Below, piece by piece: positions 63,182-64,000 of a stretch of DNA of 64,000 bases. The notes under the pieces were generated by a model that was given only the letters and a program-made list of their open reading frames with translations, was not told the DNA's origin and did not search any database. Source of the stretch: Gekko japonicus (lineage: Eukaryota); contig NW_015172043.1 of NCBI RefSeq assembly GCF_001447785.1, forward strand, positions 141,996-205,995. Direction: 5' to 3'. The translations under genes and the position numbers were made by a program. Each line of letters starts with the position of its first letter. The stretch's first letter is position 1.

Positions 63182-63215
63182 CTCCCATAGTTCCTCGCGG
63201 GGACGTCATTTGCAT
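63182..63215 (+). promoter_or_regulatory. snRNA distal sequence element (SPH/ZNF143 + CRE-like + octamer)
   Basis: CTCCCATAGTTCCTCGCG at 63182-99, GACGTCA at 63202-08, ATTTGCAT at 63208-15; about -200 to -235 from the U12 start. Confidence 0.85.
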
Positions 63216-63353
63216 ACTCGCCGAAAGGGCGTGAGTGGTCATTTCTACACCTCAAAGATGCCTTTTCCAACGTTTATTTCAGAAATAACAGTAAGAGGGG
63301 ACTTACAGTTATGTTCTGAAACGCCTGTGATTCTCTTTCATCACCTAAGTTTG

Positions 63354-63373
63354 CTCATCCTGACCTGAATAAT
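63354..63373 (+). promoter_or_regulatory. snRNA proximal sequence element
   Basis: CTCATCCTGACCTGAATAAT at -62 to -43; PSE-like with no TATA box (Pol II type). Confidence 0.7.
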
Positions 63374-63415
63374 AACTGGACGCTTCCACATGACTTCCCT
63401 GCGCGTGCTACGGTT

Positions 63416-63564
63416 ATGCCTTAAACTTATGAGTAAGGAAAATAACGATCCGGGGTGACGCCCGGATCCTCACTGCTAATGTGAGAAGAATTTTTGAACG
63501 GGTACAGGTCGACCCTATGGTGACCCGCCTACTTAGTGGGATGCCTCGGTGTTTGATCTGCCCG
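63416..63564 (+). ncRNA. RNU12: U12 minor-spliceosomal snRNA
   Basis: ATGCCTTAAACTTATGAGTAAGGAAAATAACG start, Sm site AATTTTTG at 63489-96, 3' hairpin with CTACTT loop, ends GATCTGCCCG; 149 nt; syntenic with POLDIP3. Confidence 0.98.
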
Positions 63565-63699
63565 TACCCTTTTTTGGAAAAAATAATTACATCTAGCCAA
63601 TGATTCTTGCTTCTTTTATACTCCCTGACTCAGGCAGGTAACCATTGATTGAGTTTGTTTTTTAGGTAGGTTGCAGTGTTAGGTTGAAGCAAGAGTGCG

Positions 63700-64000
63700 G
63701 AAGGGTGTGTGCACACAAAAGCTCATACCTTGAGTAAAACTTTGTTGGTCTTAAAGGTGCCACTGGACTCAAACTTTGTCCTAATGCTATTAAGTTTAGC
63801 ATTTATGTAAATAGGAAAAAAAGTTAAGAGTCCAGTGGCACCTTTAGGACCAACAGAGTTTTATTCAAGGTATAGGCTTTCATGTGCATACACTTCTTCA
63901 GATACAATGAAATGGAAGTTAACAGTCCTATATAGGTAGGTGAGCAGTAAATTAGCATACAACATGATGATGTTTCACAGGTTCAAGGACCAAACAGGAA
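63700..64000. mobile_element. Penelope-like inverted pLTR pair
   Basis: 63710-63771 (+) and 63829-63906 (-) are inverted copies; hammerhead-like core on the minus strand. Confidence 0.7.

Larger units (their letters stand above)
62690..63240. promoter_or_regulatory. CpG island, divergent POLDIP3/RNU12 promoter
   Basis: High CpG density, ETS ACTTCCGGT at 63052-60, TCTCGCGA at about 63109. Confidence 0.8.

Noticed and set aside
1-64000. CRISPR arrays or prokaryotic operons
   Set aside because: Eukaryotic intron-exon DNA; no regularly spaced repeat-spacer array

Overview
Vertebrate genomic DNA from a squamate reptile. Sauria SINE, BovB, CR1, L2 and Penelope repeats support this; a gecko is likely but that is inference. 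The window is the conserved SERHL2(+) / RRP7A(-) / POLDIP3(-) / RNU12(+) synteny block. I reconstructed all three protein genes by hand from GT-AG sites and codon phase: SERHL2 has 11 coding exons (303 aa from ATG 4345), RRP7A has 7 (279 aa) and POLDIP3 has 9 (419 aa). An intact U12 minor-spliceosome snRNA gene (63416-63564) with DSE and PSE sits head-to-head with POLDIP3. Introns and the intergenic region are dense with nested transposons, many with readable target-site duplications (TSDs), and there is one 702-N assembly gap. I found no demonstrably new biological system. The best leads are: (1) a decayed second copy of SERHL2 intron6-exon7-intron7 between RRP7A and POLDIP3, split by a solo LTR; (2) two self-complementary hAT MITEs bracketing the in-frame RRP7A exon 3; (3) a 155-bp inverted copy of nearby DNA inserted with a 16-bp duplication; (4) a DIRS1 fragment carrying an adenine-methyltransferase domain; (5) a BovB insertion abutting the ZNF143 motif of the RRP7A promoter. 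All comparisons to human sequences are from memory, not database searches.
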